Origin: Candidatus Gastranaerophilales bacterium
Lineage (GTDB): Bacteria > Cyanobacteriota > Vampirovibrionia > Gastranaerophilales > Gastranaerophilaceae
DNA: 64,000 nt
Reading direction: 5' to 3'
Assembly (NCBI GenBank): GCA_944324175.1
Contig: CALUVH010000010.1
Coordinates: forward strand, 2,166 to 66,165
Part shown: piece by piece, positions 1 through 7,924 of the stretch
How positions within the stretch are numbered: position 1 is the first letter of the stretch
How the letters are laid out: each line of letters begins with the position of its first letter
Program-made: the position numbers and the translations under genes
Notes under the pieces: generated by a model
Databases searched by the model: none
The model's input: the letters and a program-made list of their open reading frames with translations, nothing else
What the model was told of the DNA's origin: nothing

Positions 1-966
1 GCTTACACTCCATACCAACCTGAAATTTCTCAAGGTACTCTACAGGTTATGTATGAGTTTCAGACAATGATATCAAATCTTACAGGTATGGATATTTCAA
101 ATGCGACTGTCTATGACGCTGCTACAGCTTGCGCTGAAGCTTTGCTTATGGCTGTTAGAATAAGCAAAAAATCAAAAGCTCTCATCTCTAATAAGCTTAA
201 CCCTGAATATAAATCAGTTGTTAAAACCTACGCATGGGCAAGTAATATCGAAATTGAATTTTTCGACGAAATTCCGCAAAATACATCTGATTACGCCTGC
301 GTTATGGTCCAAAATCCAGATTACTACGGTGAAATTAACAAAATTAAACCGCTTGAAAATTCATTGCTTGTCGTTGCGGTTGATATCACATCACTTGCAT
401 TGCTTAAACCGCCTTCTGAATACGGCGCAGATATTGTCGTGGGAGATGTTCAAGCTCTCGGTATACCTATGGAATTTGGCGGTCCTCACGCAGGATTTAT
501 CGCTTGTCGAGAAAAGTATATGCGTCAACTCCCTGGAAGGCTCGCAGGAAAAACTGTAGATGCTCAAGGTAACGAAGCTTTTTGTCTTACAATACAGACC
601 CGTGAACAACATATCAAAAGAGAAAAAGCAACCAGTAACATCTGCTCTAATCAGGCTTTAATAGGACTTTGTGCTACTCTTTATTTGAGTTTGTTAGGTG
701 AAAAAGGGTTTTATCAGGCTGCCTACCTCAGTGCACAAAAAGCACACTCCCTTTCTCAAAAACTCGCTGCAAAAGGTATCAAAACACTTAATAAAAACTT
801 CTATAATGAATTTTTAATCGAAGTAGATGATGCAAATGCATTCCTTGCAAAACTTAAATTAAACAGCATTCTGGGCGGTATAAAAGTGGATAGCAAACAC
901 ATTTTAATCGCTACAACTGAAATGATATCTGATGAGGATATTGATACTTATATAAAATGCCTCTAA
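1..966 (+). CDS. gcvPA: glycine dehydrogenase (decarboxylating) subunit 1, 5' end cut by window
   Basis: Frame 1 is open from nt 1 (AYTPYQPEISQGTLQVMYEFQTMISNLTG...). It continues with FGGPHAGFIACREKYMRQLPGRLAG, a typical glycine-cleavage P-protein alpha-subunit block. Stop TAA at 964-966. Confidence 0.9.
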   Translation, partial: AYTPYQPEISQGTLQVMYEFQTMISNLTGMDISNATVYDAATACAEALLMAVRISKKSKALISNKLNPEYKSVVKTYAWASNIEIEFFDEIPQNTSDYACVMVQNPDYYGEINKIKPLENSLLVVAVDITSLALLKPPSEYGADIVVGDVQALGIPMEFGGPHAGFIACREKYMRQLPGRLAGKTVDAQGNEAFCLTIQTREQHIKREKATSNICSNQALIGLCATLYLSLLGEKGFYQAAYLSAQKAHSLSQKLAAKGIKTLNKNFYNEFLIEVDDANAFLAKLKLNSILGGIKVDSKHILIATTEMISDEDIDTYIKCL

Positions 967-990
967 AAAATTGGTGAAATTTATAAAAAA

Positions 991-1017
991 GGAATTGATT
1001 TTATCAATTCCCTTTTT
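991..1017. terminator. bidirectional intrinsic terminator between gcvPA and tRNA-Val
   Basis: Perfect 9-bp stem GGAATTGAT / ATCAATTCC (991-999 and 1003-1011) with a 3-nt loop, an A-run upstream and a T-run downstream. Confidence 0.65.
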
Positions 1018-1018
1018 A

Positions 1019-1094
1019 TGGTGGGCGATACGTGACTCGAACACGTGACCCCCACAACGTCAATGTGGTGCGCTACCAACTGCGCTAATCGCCC
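1019..1094 (-). tRNA. tRNA-Val (anticodon GAC), CCA encoded
   Basis: Reverse complement reads GGGCGATTAGCGCAGTTGGTAGCGCACCACATTGACGTTGTGGGGGTCACGTGTTCGAGTCACGTATCGCCCACCA. It has a 7-bp acceptor stem GGGCGAT/ATCGCCC, anticodon loop TTGACGT and a GTTCGAGTC T-loop. Confidence 0.9.
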
Positions 1095-1390
1095 TTTTTT
1101 ATTCAATTGTTTCACGCTCACCATTCTAAAAAACTTCGTTTTTTTGAGGCTGCGCTACCCCTCTCTTAAAAAATATCCGCTGGATATTTTTTATTCGGCA
1201 GAGTGCTAATCGCCCTTTTTTATTCAATTGTTTCACGCTCACCATTCTAAAAAACTTCGTTTTTTTGAGGCTGCGCTACCCCTCTCTTAAAAAATATCCG
1301 CTGGATATTTTTTATTCGGCAGAGTGCTAATCGCCTTTTTTATTCAATTGTTTCACGCTTACCATTCTAAAAAACTTCGTTTTTTGAGGA
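1084..1390. repeat. 121-bp tandem repeat, about 2.5 copies, each copy starting with the first 11 nt of tRNA-Val
   Basis: Copies at 1084-1204 and 1205-1325 are identical by eye. A third, partial copy (1326 to about 1390) carries a one-base C-run contraction, a one-base T-run contraction and one C-to-T change. Each copy contains the hairpin AAAAAATATCC-GC-TGGATATTTTTT. Confidence 0.9.
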
Positions 1391-1461
1391 GGCGAAAGCC
1401 ATGAACTTTCACTTTAATAAAAGTGAGTTTCCTGTGCATGACTTTATTCTAACATAAAAAC

Positions 1462-2163
1462 TTAAAAACGCATACCGTCAATCTGTCTTAACATCACTTG
1501 CATATCTTTCAGCAATTCTGCCTCTATAAAAATAAGCTCCTGCTTTGTATAATCTTCATTCTCATACTTTACCCTTGCAAGCTTTGAAAGGACTACCTTG
1601 TTAAACGATAAATAACGCGATGCAAATTCTATTATATCCACAGCACGATATGGAACAGCACTATCATGTAATCGCAATATTGACCTGAAAATTACAACTA
1701 AAGTTTTTATTACATTATTTAATACTCGTTTCATTTCCTTATCTGATTTGATGTTTAGTAAAAAATTATTCTTGTACTTGAGTAATAGATTTTTCATCTC
1801 AAATTCACATTGCAAACGCAAATAATATTTGTCTATTCTTAACTCAGACACCAAGTCTTCGCCTAGTAAAATACGATAATTTTCTTTCATATCAGAATAC
1901 TCAATAGTATACACATCAAATGACGAATACCACTCTTCTCTATTCATTATGACTGGAATTGGATTTTTTGCTTTCACCCATTTTTTTACTGGTGCAGATA
2001 AATCATATAACTCCTCTGCGGTTAAACGATTCGTTATAATAGCTAGGTTAAGGTTATTTTTTACTTGATCATTTTGCGCTTGAGAGCCAAAGGCGATAAC
2101 TGATACAAGATTTTCACCCAAAATGTTTTTTACATCCGCTAAAAATTTATCTAAACTTTTCAT
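1462..2163 (-). CDS. nucleotidyltransferase-domain protein with helical C-terminal half (KNTase/MNT-HEPN-like fusion)
   Basis: The N-terminus LVSVIAFGSQAQ matches the hG[GS] motif of Pol-beta-type NTases. The C-terminal half contains RSILRLH, which fits the HEPN Rx4-6H pattern. It lies 15 nt downstream of the TPM gene on the same strand. Confidence 0.5.
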   Translation of the reverse strand: MKSLDKFLADVKNILGENLVSVIAFGSQAQNDQVKNNLNLAIITNRLTAEELYDLSAPVKKWVKAKNPIPVIMNREEWYSSFDVYTIEYSDMKENYRILLGEDLVSELRIDKYYLRLQCEFEMKNLLLKYKNNFLLNIKSDKEMKRVLNNVIKTLVVIFRSILRLHDSAVPYRAVDIIEFASRYLSFNKVVLSKLARVKYENEDYTKQELIFIEAELLKDMQVMLRQIDGMRF

Positions 2164-2177
2164 ACTAATTTACCTCG

Positions 2178-2855
2178 CTACCAACTGCCTGAACATCCGG
2201 AACCGCCGAAACCTCCGCCTCCACCAAAGCCTCCAAAACTTCCGGTGTTGCTGGTTCGCATACGTCTATATCCACCTAATATTATTACCAAAACATATAC
2301 CCAAAGAGGAATATCTGATTTTGAATTAGATCTGTCTCTAGGAGGACAATTTCCATGTGCTTCGACACTTACACCTTCTGCTCTCGCAATTTCATGCACC
2401 AAAAGATACGTCCCCCTTGCTATACCAGACTCATAATCTCCCTTTTTGTAATAAGGTAAAATATCATTATCACGTATATATTCTAAAGTTTCTATGCTTA
2501 TTTTATCTTCAAGCCCAAGTCCTAATTCGATACGCATAAGCCTTTCATTCGGTGCTGTCAAAAAGACCATGCCATTATTTTTACCCACAGCACCCAACTT
2601 GTAAGATCTACCTATTTCTAATGCAACATCTTCAATCTTCCTCCCACTTAAAGAAGGTAACGTTACAACAGCCAAATCTGCTCCGGACTTTTGCTGCAAA
2701 TTCCATAATGTGACATTCAAATCGTTTTTCACATCATCTGACAAAAGCTTCGCCTCATCCGCTATAAAACCCTTAAAATCAAGAGTTATAGCCTGCGTAG
2801 CAACACTTGTCAAAAATAATATTCCAAATAAACACAATAAAATCTTCTTCAACAT
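2178..2855 (-). CDS. TPM-domain (YgcG-like) protein with signal peptide, C-terminal TM segment and Gly-rich tail
   Basis: FIADEAKLLSDD...GADLAVVTLPSLSGRKIEDVALEIGRSYKLG...NGMVFLTAPNERLMRIELGLGLE matches the TPM phosphatase-domain pattern. The tail is GSFGGFGGGGGFGGSG. Confidence 0.75.
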   Translation of the reverse strand: MLKKILLCLFGILFLTSVATQAITLDFKGFIADEAKLLSDDVKNDLNVTLWNLQQKSGADLAVVTLPSLSGRKIEDVALEIGRSYKLGAVGKNNGMVFLTAPNERLMRIELGLGLEDKISIETLEYIRDNDILPYYKKGDYESGIARGTYLLVHEIARAEGVSVEAHGNCPPRDRSNSKSDIPLWVYVLVIILGGYRRMRTSNTGSFGGFGGGGGFGGSGCSGSW

Positions 2856-2940
2856 AGTACATATATTAACATTTTGATATATACTTTGTCAATAAAATTT
2901 AACTAATCGTTATAATTCAACACGAAAAATTTAAAAATTC

Positions 2941-3186
2941 TTAGGAAATTTTATTTTGAACTTTATTGGGATGACTAAAATGAGCCATCAATTTACCAAA
3001 TCCGTTTCTCATTTTTATAAAAGCATTCGACTGAGGCTGCTTTGTCTTTGATACAAACTTATCAGCCTCTGTTGTGTTTTTAAGTAAACTTGAAACCACA
3101 ACCTTTGGTGCTTCAATTCGCACTTCTTGCAATGCAGATGTTATCGTAGACACAGGGTTATCTGATATACCAAAAATCTTTCCCAT
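2941..3186 (-). CDS. hypothetical small protein (81 aa)
   Basis: ORF with a GGGAG Shine-Dalgarno 8 nt upstream of the ATG at 3186. No recognisable motif. Confidence 0.35.
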   Translation of the reverse strand: MGKIFGISDNPVSTITSALQEVRIEAPKVVVSSLLKNTTEADKFVSKTKQPQSNAFIKMRNGFGKLMAHFSHPNKVQNKIS

Positions 3187-3221
3187 AATTAAAACTCCCA
3201 ATACTCAAAAAAAATAAAAAA

Positions 3222-3293
3222 AGGCGACACCCAGATTCGAACTGGGGGATAAGAGCTTTGCAGGCTCCTGCCTTACCACTTGGCCATGTCGCC
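3222..3293 (-). tRNA. tRNA-Cys (anticodon GCA), CCA not encoded
   Basis: Reverse complement reads GGCGACATGGCCAAGTGGTAAGGCAGGAGCCTGCAAAGCTCTTATCCCCCAGTTCGAATCTGGGTGTCGCCT. It has acceptor stem GGCGACA/TGTCGCC, anticodon loop CTGCAAA and T-loop TTCGAAT. Confidence 0.9.
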
Positions 3294-3343
3294 TCATCCT
3301 TGTTTCCTCATAATACAAAATACATAGATTATTGTCAAGATGA

Positions 3344-3562
3344 TTAATCAAAATCAAATAATACCCGTATAGGTAAATTTAGAGCATTAGAAATTTTTAT
3401 CAATGTCTTTAGACCGGGCTTATTGATATTAACCTCTATTTTTCCAAGATAATCCAAAGAAATTCCGCATTTTTCTGCCAGTTTTTCCTGTGTAAGGTGT
3501 GCTTGCTCTCGAAGATTTTTTATTTGTTTTCCAAGTTTTTTATATAATTCATTTTCGTCCAT
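3344..3562 (-). CDS. XRE-family helix-turn-helix transcriptional regulator (72 aa)
   Basis: LREQAHLTQEKLAEKCGISLDYLGKIEVNINKPGLKTLIKISNALNLPIRVLF is a canonical Cro/C1-type HTH. Confidence 0.8.
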   Translation of the reverse strand: MDENELYKKLGKQIKNLREQAHLTQEKLAEKCGISLDYLGKIEVNINKPGLKTLIKISNALNLPIRVLFDFD

Positions 3563-3615
3563 TTGACAATTTTACTGGATATGATAACATAATGTTACTG
3601 GATATTTCCCAGTAA
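3563..3615 (+). promoter_or_regulatory. candidate sigma70-type promoter with operator repeats for the pilin-like gene
   Basis: TTGACA (3563-3568), then 16 nt, then TAACAT (3585-3590). The direct repeat TTACTGGATAT occurs at 3572-3582 and 3595-3605. An inverted repeat TTACTGG-N7-CCAGTAA spans 3595-3615. The whole region lies between the divergent XRE and pilin genes. Confidence 0.4.
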
Positions 3616-3642
3616 TATGGATATTATTTGTAGGAGGAAAAT

Positions 3643-4656
3643 ATGAAAAAAGCATTTACGTTAGCAGAGGTATTAATCACATTAACCATTATCGGTATTG
3701 TTGCTGCGTTGACAATACCAACCATTGTAAAAAACTATCAAGAGCGAACATGGACTACTGCATCTATTACTTTTGAAAGAAAACTAGAAGAAGCTCTAAA
3801 AAGCATGAACGCGCAAGAAACTCTAGCAGGTTACACGACAACCAAAGATTTTGTACATGAATTGTCAAAACATATTAAAATAACCAAAATATGTGAAAAT
3901 AATAAATTAACCTCTTGTTTTTCTAATAAGATATATTGGGGGAGCAATAAAGAGGAAATCTATATATCTAAAATAAAAAATTCCAAAAATTTTGGACAAG
4001 AGGATTGGGGTACTGAAAATATTGGTATACAATTTTCTAATGGTGTGAATGGGATTCTTGCATACAATCCCGCTTGCACGCAAGATCCCTTCAATAATCA
4101 ATATACCGGTATAAATTGTATTGCCCTTCTGTACGATATAAGCGGATTTAAAACACCTAATACGCAAGCTAAAGACCTGAGGGCAATAAATATAATAAGC
4201 CTAGGAAGTAATTGTCTTTTTGAATTAGATGGTGTTTGTTTTACAGCACCAGTAAAGGGTAAGGCAATGAGCTATGAAGAATGTGAACAACAAAAAACTG
4301 AATTGGGAATAAAAGAATGTTACTGCGACACTGATTATTGGGCTGGAGCAGTAAAATTCTGTGGTGGTATAGATAAAATGATGAGTGTTGAACAATTAGC
4401 CAAACTTGCAAGTAAATTATATCATACTGATGAACCTATTACTGGTAATAACTACAATCTTACTCTAGATAAGGACGCTTTATCCTATTATGGTCTGCCC
4501 GATAATCGTTCTTCTTGGTATATATGGACAAATAAAGAACACGATGAAGATCAAGTATATTATTCTGTATTATTGAGTCATGGAGTAGGTGTGGGAAATG
4601 ATACCTCTCTTAAACGTGATAATGGCTCTGGATATGCATTTTGTGTAGGCTACTAA
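3643..4656 (+). CDS. prepilin-type N-terminal domain protein with DUF1566-like (lectin-fold) C-terminal domain
   Basis: MKKA-FTLAEVLITLTIIGIVAALTIP is a class III (type IV pilin) signal. The C-terminal DYWAGAVKFCGG...MSVEQLAKLA is paralogous to the 14175-15293 product. SD AGGAGG precedes the ATG. Confidence 0.8.
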   Translation: MKKAFTLAEVLITLTIIGIVAALTIPTIVKNYQERTWTTASITFERKLEEALKSMNAQETLAGYTTTKDFVHELSKHIKITKICENNKLTSCFSNKIYWGSNKEEIYISKIKNSKNFGQEDWGTENIGIQFSNGVNGILAYNPACTQDPFNNQYTGINCIALLYDISGFKTPNTQAKDLRAINIISLGSNCLFELDGVCFTAPVKGKAMSYEECEQQKTELGIKECYCDTDYWAGAVKFCGGIDKMMSVEQLAKLASKLYHTDEPITGNNYNLTLDKDALSYYGLPDNRSSWYIWTNKEHDEDQVYYSVLLSHGVGVGNDTSLKRDNGSGYAFCVGY

Positions 4657-4690
4657 TTGTAACTTTCTGAAATCATTTTTAAAATTTGTT

Positions 4691-4717
4691 GGTGTGTCAA
4701 ATGACACACCACTTTTT
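4691..4717 (+). terminator. intrinsic terminator after the pilin-like gene
   Basis: Perfect 9-bp stem GGTGTGTCA / TGACACACC followed by a T-run (ACTTTTT). Confidence 0.7.
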
Positions 4718-4870
4718 AGATTATTTAAATCTACCTTTTAACAATCATTTTGCATGATAATCATTAAACTAGTTTAATGTAAAAAATTCTCAATAATAAG
4801 AATTTTTACACAAAAATAAGCGGCTCTTTTAACTAGAACCGCCTATTTTTACTATATTTGTATGTCTTGA

Positions 4871-7543
4871 CTACTTAACTTCGTAGTAATCTCTAACGAT
4901 ACCTTCATAAGCATCTTTGTAGATAGCCTTGATATCTTCCATCAACGGATAAGCTGGGTTAGCACCTGTACATTGATCGTCAAATGCCAATTCAACCATT
5001 TCATCTAATTTAGCGTTGAAGTCTGCTTCTGTTACACCAAAGTCTTTGATTGAATTTGGAAGATTTACAGCCTTCATCAACTTATCAATTGCTTGAATTA
5101 ACAATTCAACTTTTTCATCATCATTCTTTCCGCCTAAACCAAGTTCATCTGCGATTTGACCATATTTTGCTTTTGCATTAGGGAACTTGTATTGAGGGAA
5201 GATACATTGTTTTTTCGGACAATCAACTGCGTTATATTTAATAACTTGTCTTATTAACAACGCGTTAGCAACACCGTGAGGTACATTGAACATTGCACCC
5301 AACTTGTGAGCCATTGAGTGACACAATCCTAAAAATGCGTTTGCAAATGCCATACCTGCAATAGTTGCAGCATAGTGCATTTTTTCTCTTGCAATAGGAT
5401 CATTAGCACCTTCTGTGTATGATCTTTCTAAATATCTGAATACCAACTTAGTAGCTTCCAAAGCATTTGAATTTGTGAAGTTTGTAGCCATAGCTGATAC
5501 ATAAGCTTCAATTGAGTGAACTAAGGCATCAATACCAGATGCAGCGGTCAAGCCTTTTGGCATACCATCTACAAAGTTAGGATCGATAATTGCCATATTT
5601 GGTGTCAAAGCATAATCTGCAATCGCATATTTTACGTGAGTTTCATCATCTGTAATAATAGCGAATGGAGTTACTTCTGAACCTGTACCTGATGTAGTCG
5701 GAATAGCAACCATTGTAGCCTTTTTACCCAACTCAGGAATACGACAAATTCTTTTTCTGATATCCATGAATCTCATTGAAATATCTTCAAATACTGTATC
5801 CGGTTGTTCATACATTAACCACATAATTTTTGCAGCATCCATTGGTGAGCCGCCACCTAATGAAATAATTACATCAGGTTCATATGGTCTAATGATATCC
5901 ATTGCTTGATTAATTGTTGACAATGTAGGATCCGGTTTAACATCAAAGAAGATTTGATAATCAATACCTATTTCATCCAATACATTTGTAATATTATATA
6001 CTGCACCTGAATTGAACAAGAATCTGTCAGTTACAATAAAGGCACGTTTTTTGCCTTGAAGTTCACGAAGAGCTAAGTCGATAGCACCTCTTTTAAAGTA
6101 AACTTTTGGCGGAACCTTAAACCAAAGCATATTTTCTCTCCTTTCTGCAACTGTTTTGTAGTTCAATAAGTTTTCAACACCGATGTTACCTGAAATTGCA
6201 TTCTTACCCCAAGAACCGCAACCCAATGATAATGACGGTTCTAATTTGAAGTTATACAAATCACCGATACCACCTTGTGCTGATGGAGAGTTGATTAAAA
6301 CTCTGCAAGCAGGCATTTTTTCTGAGAATGCGTCAACTCTTTCTTGACTACGAGTATCAGTATATAAGTCAGCTGAGTGACCTGCACCACCTTTTGATAC
6401 TAATTCATAAGTCATTTCTGTTGCTTCTGCGAAATCTTTTGCTCTATACATAGTTAAAATTGGTGACAATTTTTCTCTTGAGAACGGATCTTCCCAATCT
6501 ACTGATGGTCTTTCTGCTAACAATATTTTTGCTGTTTGAGGAACTTTAAATCCTGCCAATTCCGCAATTCTATGAGCCGGCTGACCAACAATGTCAGGAT
6601 GCGCAGTTCCACGTTTAGGGTCGATGAATGGAAGATCTATCAATTTCTTTTCATCTGATGCGCTTAATAGGTGTGCACCACGGTATATGAATTCCTTTTT
6701 AACTTCTTCATATACTTCATCTACTACAACTACTGATTGTTCAGAAGCACAAATCATACCATTGTCAAATGTCTTTGACATAAGAATTGATGATACTGCC
6801 ATTTTTATGTCTGCAGTTTCATCAATTACAGCAGCAGCGTTACCAGGACCTACACCTAATGCTGGGTTACCTGATGAATATGCAGCCTTAACCATGCCAG
6901 GACCTCCTGTTGCTAAAATACAAGAGATTGAATCATGGGTAATTAATTGATTAGTTAATTCAATAGCCGGTTGATCAATCCAACCAATAATATCTGCTGG
7001 AGCACCTGCTTTAACTGCTGCTTCCAATACAACTCGCGCTGCTTCTATAGTACATTTTTTAGCTCTTGGGTGTGGTGAAAATATAATACCATTCCTTGTT
7101 TTTAAAGCTATTAATGACTTAAATATTGCTGTTGAAGTAGGGTTTGTTGTAGGTACAATACCTGCAATTACACCCAAAGGATCTGCAACTATTTTAATAC
7201 CGTTTGTCTTATCTTCTTTGATAATTCCGCAAGTCTTAGCATTTTTATGTTTGTTGTAGATGTATTCAGAAGCAAAGTGGTTTTTGATAATCTTATCTTC
7301 CAAAACGCCCATGCCTGTCTCTTCTACAGCCATTCTTGCTAAAGGAATACGAGCCTTATCTGCTGCAGTAGCTGCTGCTTTAAAAATCGCATCAACTTGT
7401 TCTTGAGTAAATGTTGCATAAATCTTTTGAGCTTTCTTTACTCTTTCAATTAACAATTCCAATTGTTCAGCAGTCTCAACTGTATTTGAGCTATTTAAAG
7501 CTTGTTCCAGTTTCTCTACTGTCTTTTTGTTTTTTGTTGTCAT
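4871..7543 (-). CDS. adhE: bifunctional acetaldehyde-CoA / alcohol dehydrogenase
   Basis: 890 aa. The N-terminal half is an aldehyde dehydrogenase domain and the C-terminal half an iron-type alcohol dehydrogenase (GGGSPMDAAK, HSMAHKLG). This is the full AdhE architecture. Confidence 0.95.
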   Translation of the reverse strand: MTTKNKKTVEKLEQALNSSNTVETAEQLELLIERVKKAQKIYATFTQEQVDAIFKAAATAADKARIPLARMAVEETGMGVLEDKIIKNHFASEYIYNKHKNAKTCGIIKEDKTNGIKIVADPLGVIAGIVPTTNPTSTAIFKSLIALKTRNGIIFSPHPRAKKCTIEAARVVLEAAVKAGAPADIIGWIDQPAIELTNQLITHDSISCILATGGPGMVKAAYSSGNPALGVGPGNAAAVIDETADIKMAVSSILMSKTFDNGMICASEQSVVVVDEVYEEVKKEFIYRGAHLLSASDEKKLIDLPFIDPKRGTAHPDIVGQPAHRIAELAGFKVPQTAKILLAERPSVDWEDPFSREKLSPILTMYRAKDFAEATEMTYELVSKGGAGHSADLYTDTRSQERVDAFSEKMPACRVLINSPSAQGGIGDLYNFKLEPSLSLGCGSWGKNAISGNIGVENLLNYKTVAERRENMLWFKVPPKVYFKRGAIDLALRELQGKKRAFIVTDRFLFNSGAVYNITNVLDEIGIDYQIFFDVKPDPTLSTINQAMDIIRPYEPDVIISLGGGSPMDAAKIMWLMYEQPDTVFEDISMRFMDIRKRICRIPELGKKATMVAIPTTSGTGSEVTPFAIITDDETHVKYAIADYALTPNMAIIDPNFVDGMPKGLTAASGIDALVHSIEAYVSAMATNFTNSNALEATKLVFRYLERSYTEGANDPIAREKMHYAATIAGMAFANAFLGLCHSMAHKLGAMFNVPHGVANALLIRQVIKYNAVDCPKKQCIFPQYKFPNAKAKYGQIADELGLGGKNDDEKVELLIQAIDKLMKAVNLPNSIKDFGVTEADFNAKLDEMVELAFDDQCTGANPAYPLMEDIKAIYKDAYEGIVRDYYEVK

Positions 7544-7593
7544 AAGTGTTATCTCCTTTTATAACTCACAATTGCACAGTAACTTTTGCTATT

Positions 7594-7609
7594 CGTGATT
7601 TATTTCACA
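7594..7609 (-). promoter_or_regulatory. CRP/FNR-family-like palindrome upstream of adhE
   Basis: The minus strand reads TGTGA-AATAAA-TCACG, a 9/10 match to TGTGA-N6-TCACA, about 50 nt upstream of the adhE ATG. Confidence 0.3.
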
Positions 7610-7688
7610 ATTACATTTTAAAACAAATACATTCAAAAAGCAAGTGTATTTTTTACAATCTTTATAGAAATTTAATATATGGAAAATT

Positions 7689-7898
7689 TCAAGGCACGGG
7701 GTCATAGCCACCTTCATTGAAGGGATGGCACCTGCAAATCCTTTTTATGCCTAGCCAGAGACCTTTTAATACACCATATTTTACAACCGCTTGCCTTGTA
7801 TATTCAGAACAAGTCGGGCTAAACCTGCACACTGCAGGTGTATATTTTGAAATTTTCTGATATATTTTTATAATGAATAATACAAGACTTTTTAGCAT
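7689..7898 (-). CDS. yidD: membrane protein insertion efficiency factor YidD
   Basis: [46 protein letters not shown] is the YidD signature. Confidence 0.85.
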   Translation of the reverse strand: MLKSLVLFIIKIYQKISKYTPAVCRFSPTCSEYTRQAVVKYGVLKGLWLGIKRICRCHPFNEGGYDPVP

Positions 7899-7924
7899 AT
7901 CCTAATATTAGCACCTAAAGAATT

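Noticed and set aside
1084-1390. Possible CRISPR array or minisatellite next to tRNA-Val.
   Set aside because: The 121-bp units abut each other directly with no unique spacers, and two copies are identical. This is a tandem duplication, not a repeat-spacer array, and no cas genes are present.
1401-1457. 18-codon mini-ORF (MNFHFNKSEFPVHDFILT) preceded by GAGGAGG at the end of the tandem repeat.
   Set aside because: The SD-like sequence and spacing are good, but the ORF is very short. There is no evidence of conservation and it could arise by chance in the diverged third repeat copy. It is worth noting but not callable.
1-3300. Integrative element at the tRNA-Val and tRNA-Cys loci.
   Set aside because: No integrase, recombinase, transposase or phage gene lies between or beside the two tRNAs. 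The repeats involve the tRNA 5' end, not the 3' end usually used as an att site.
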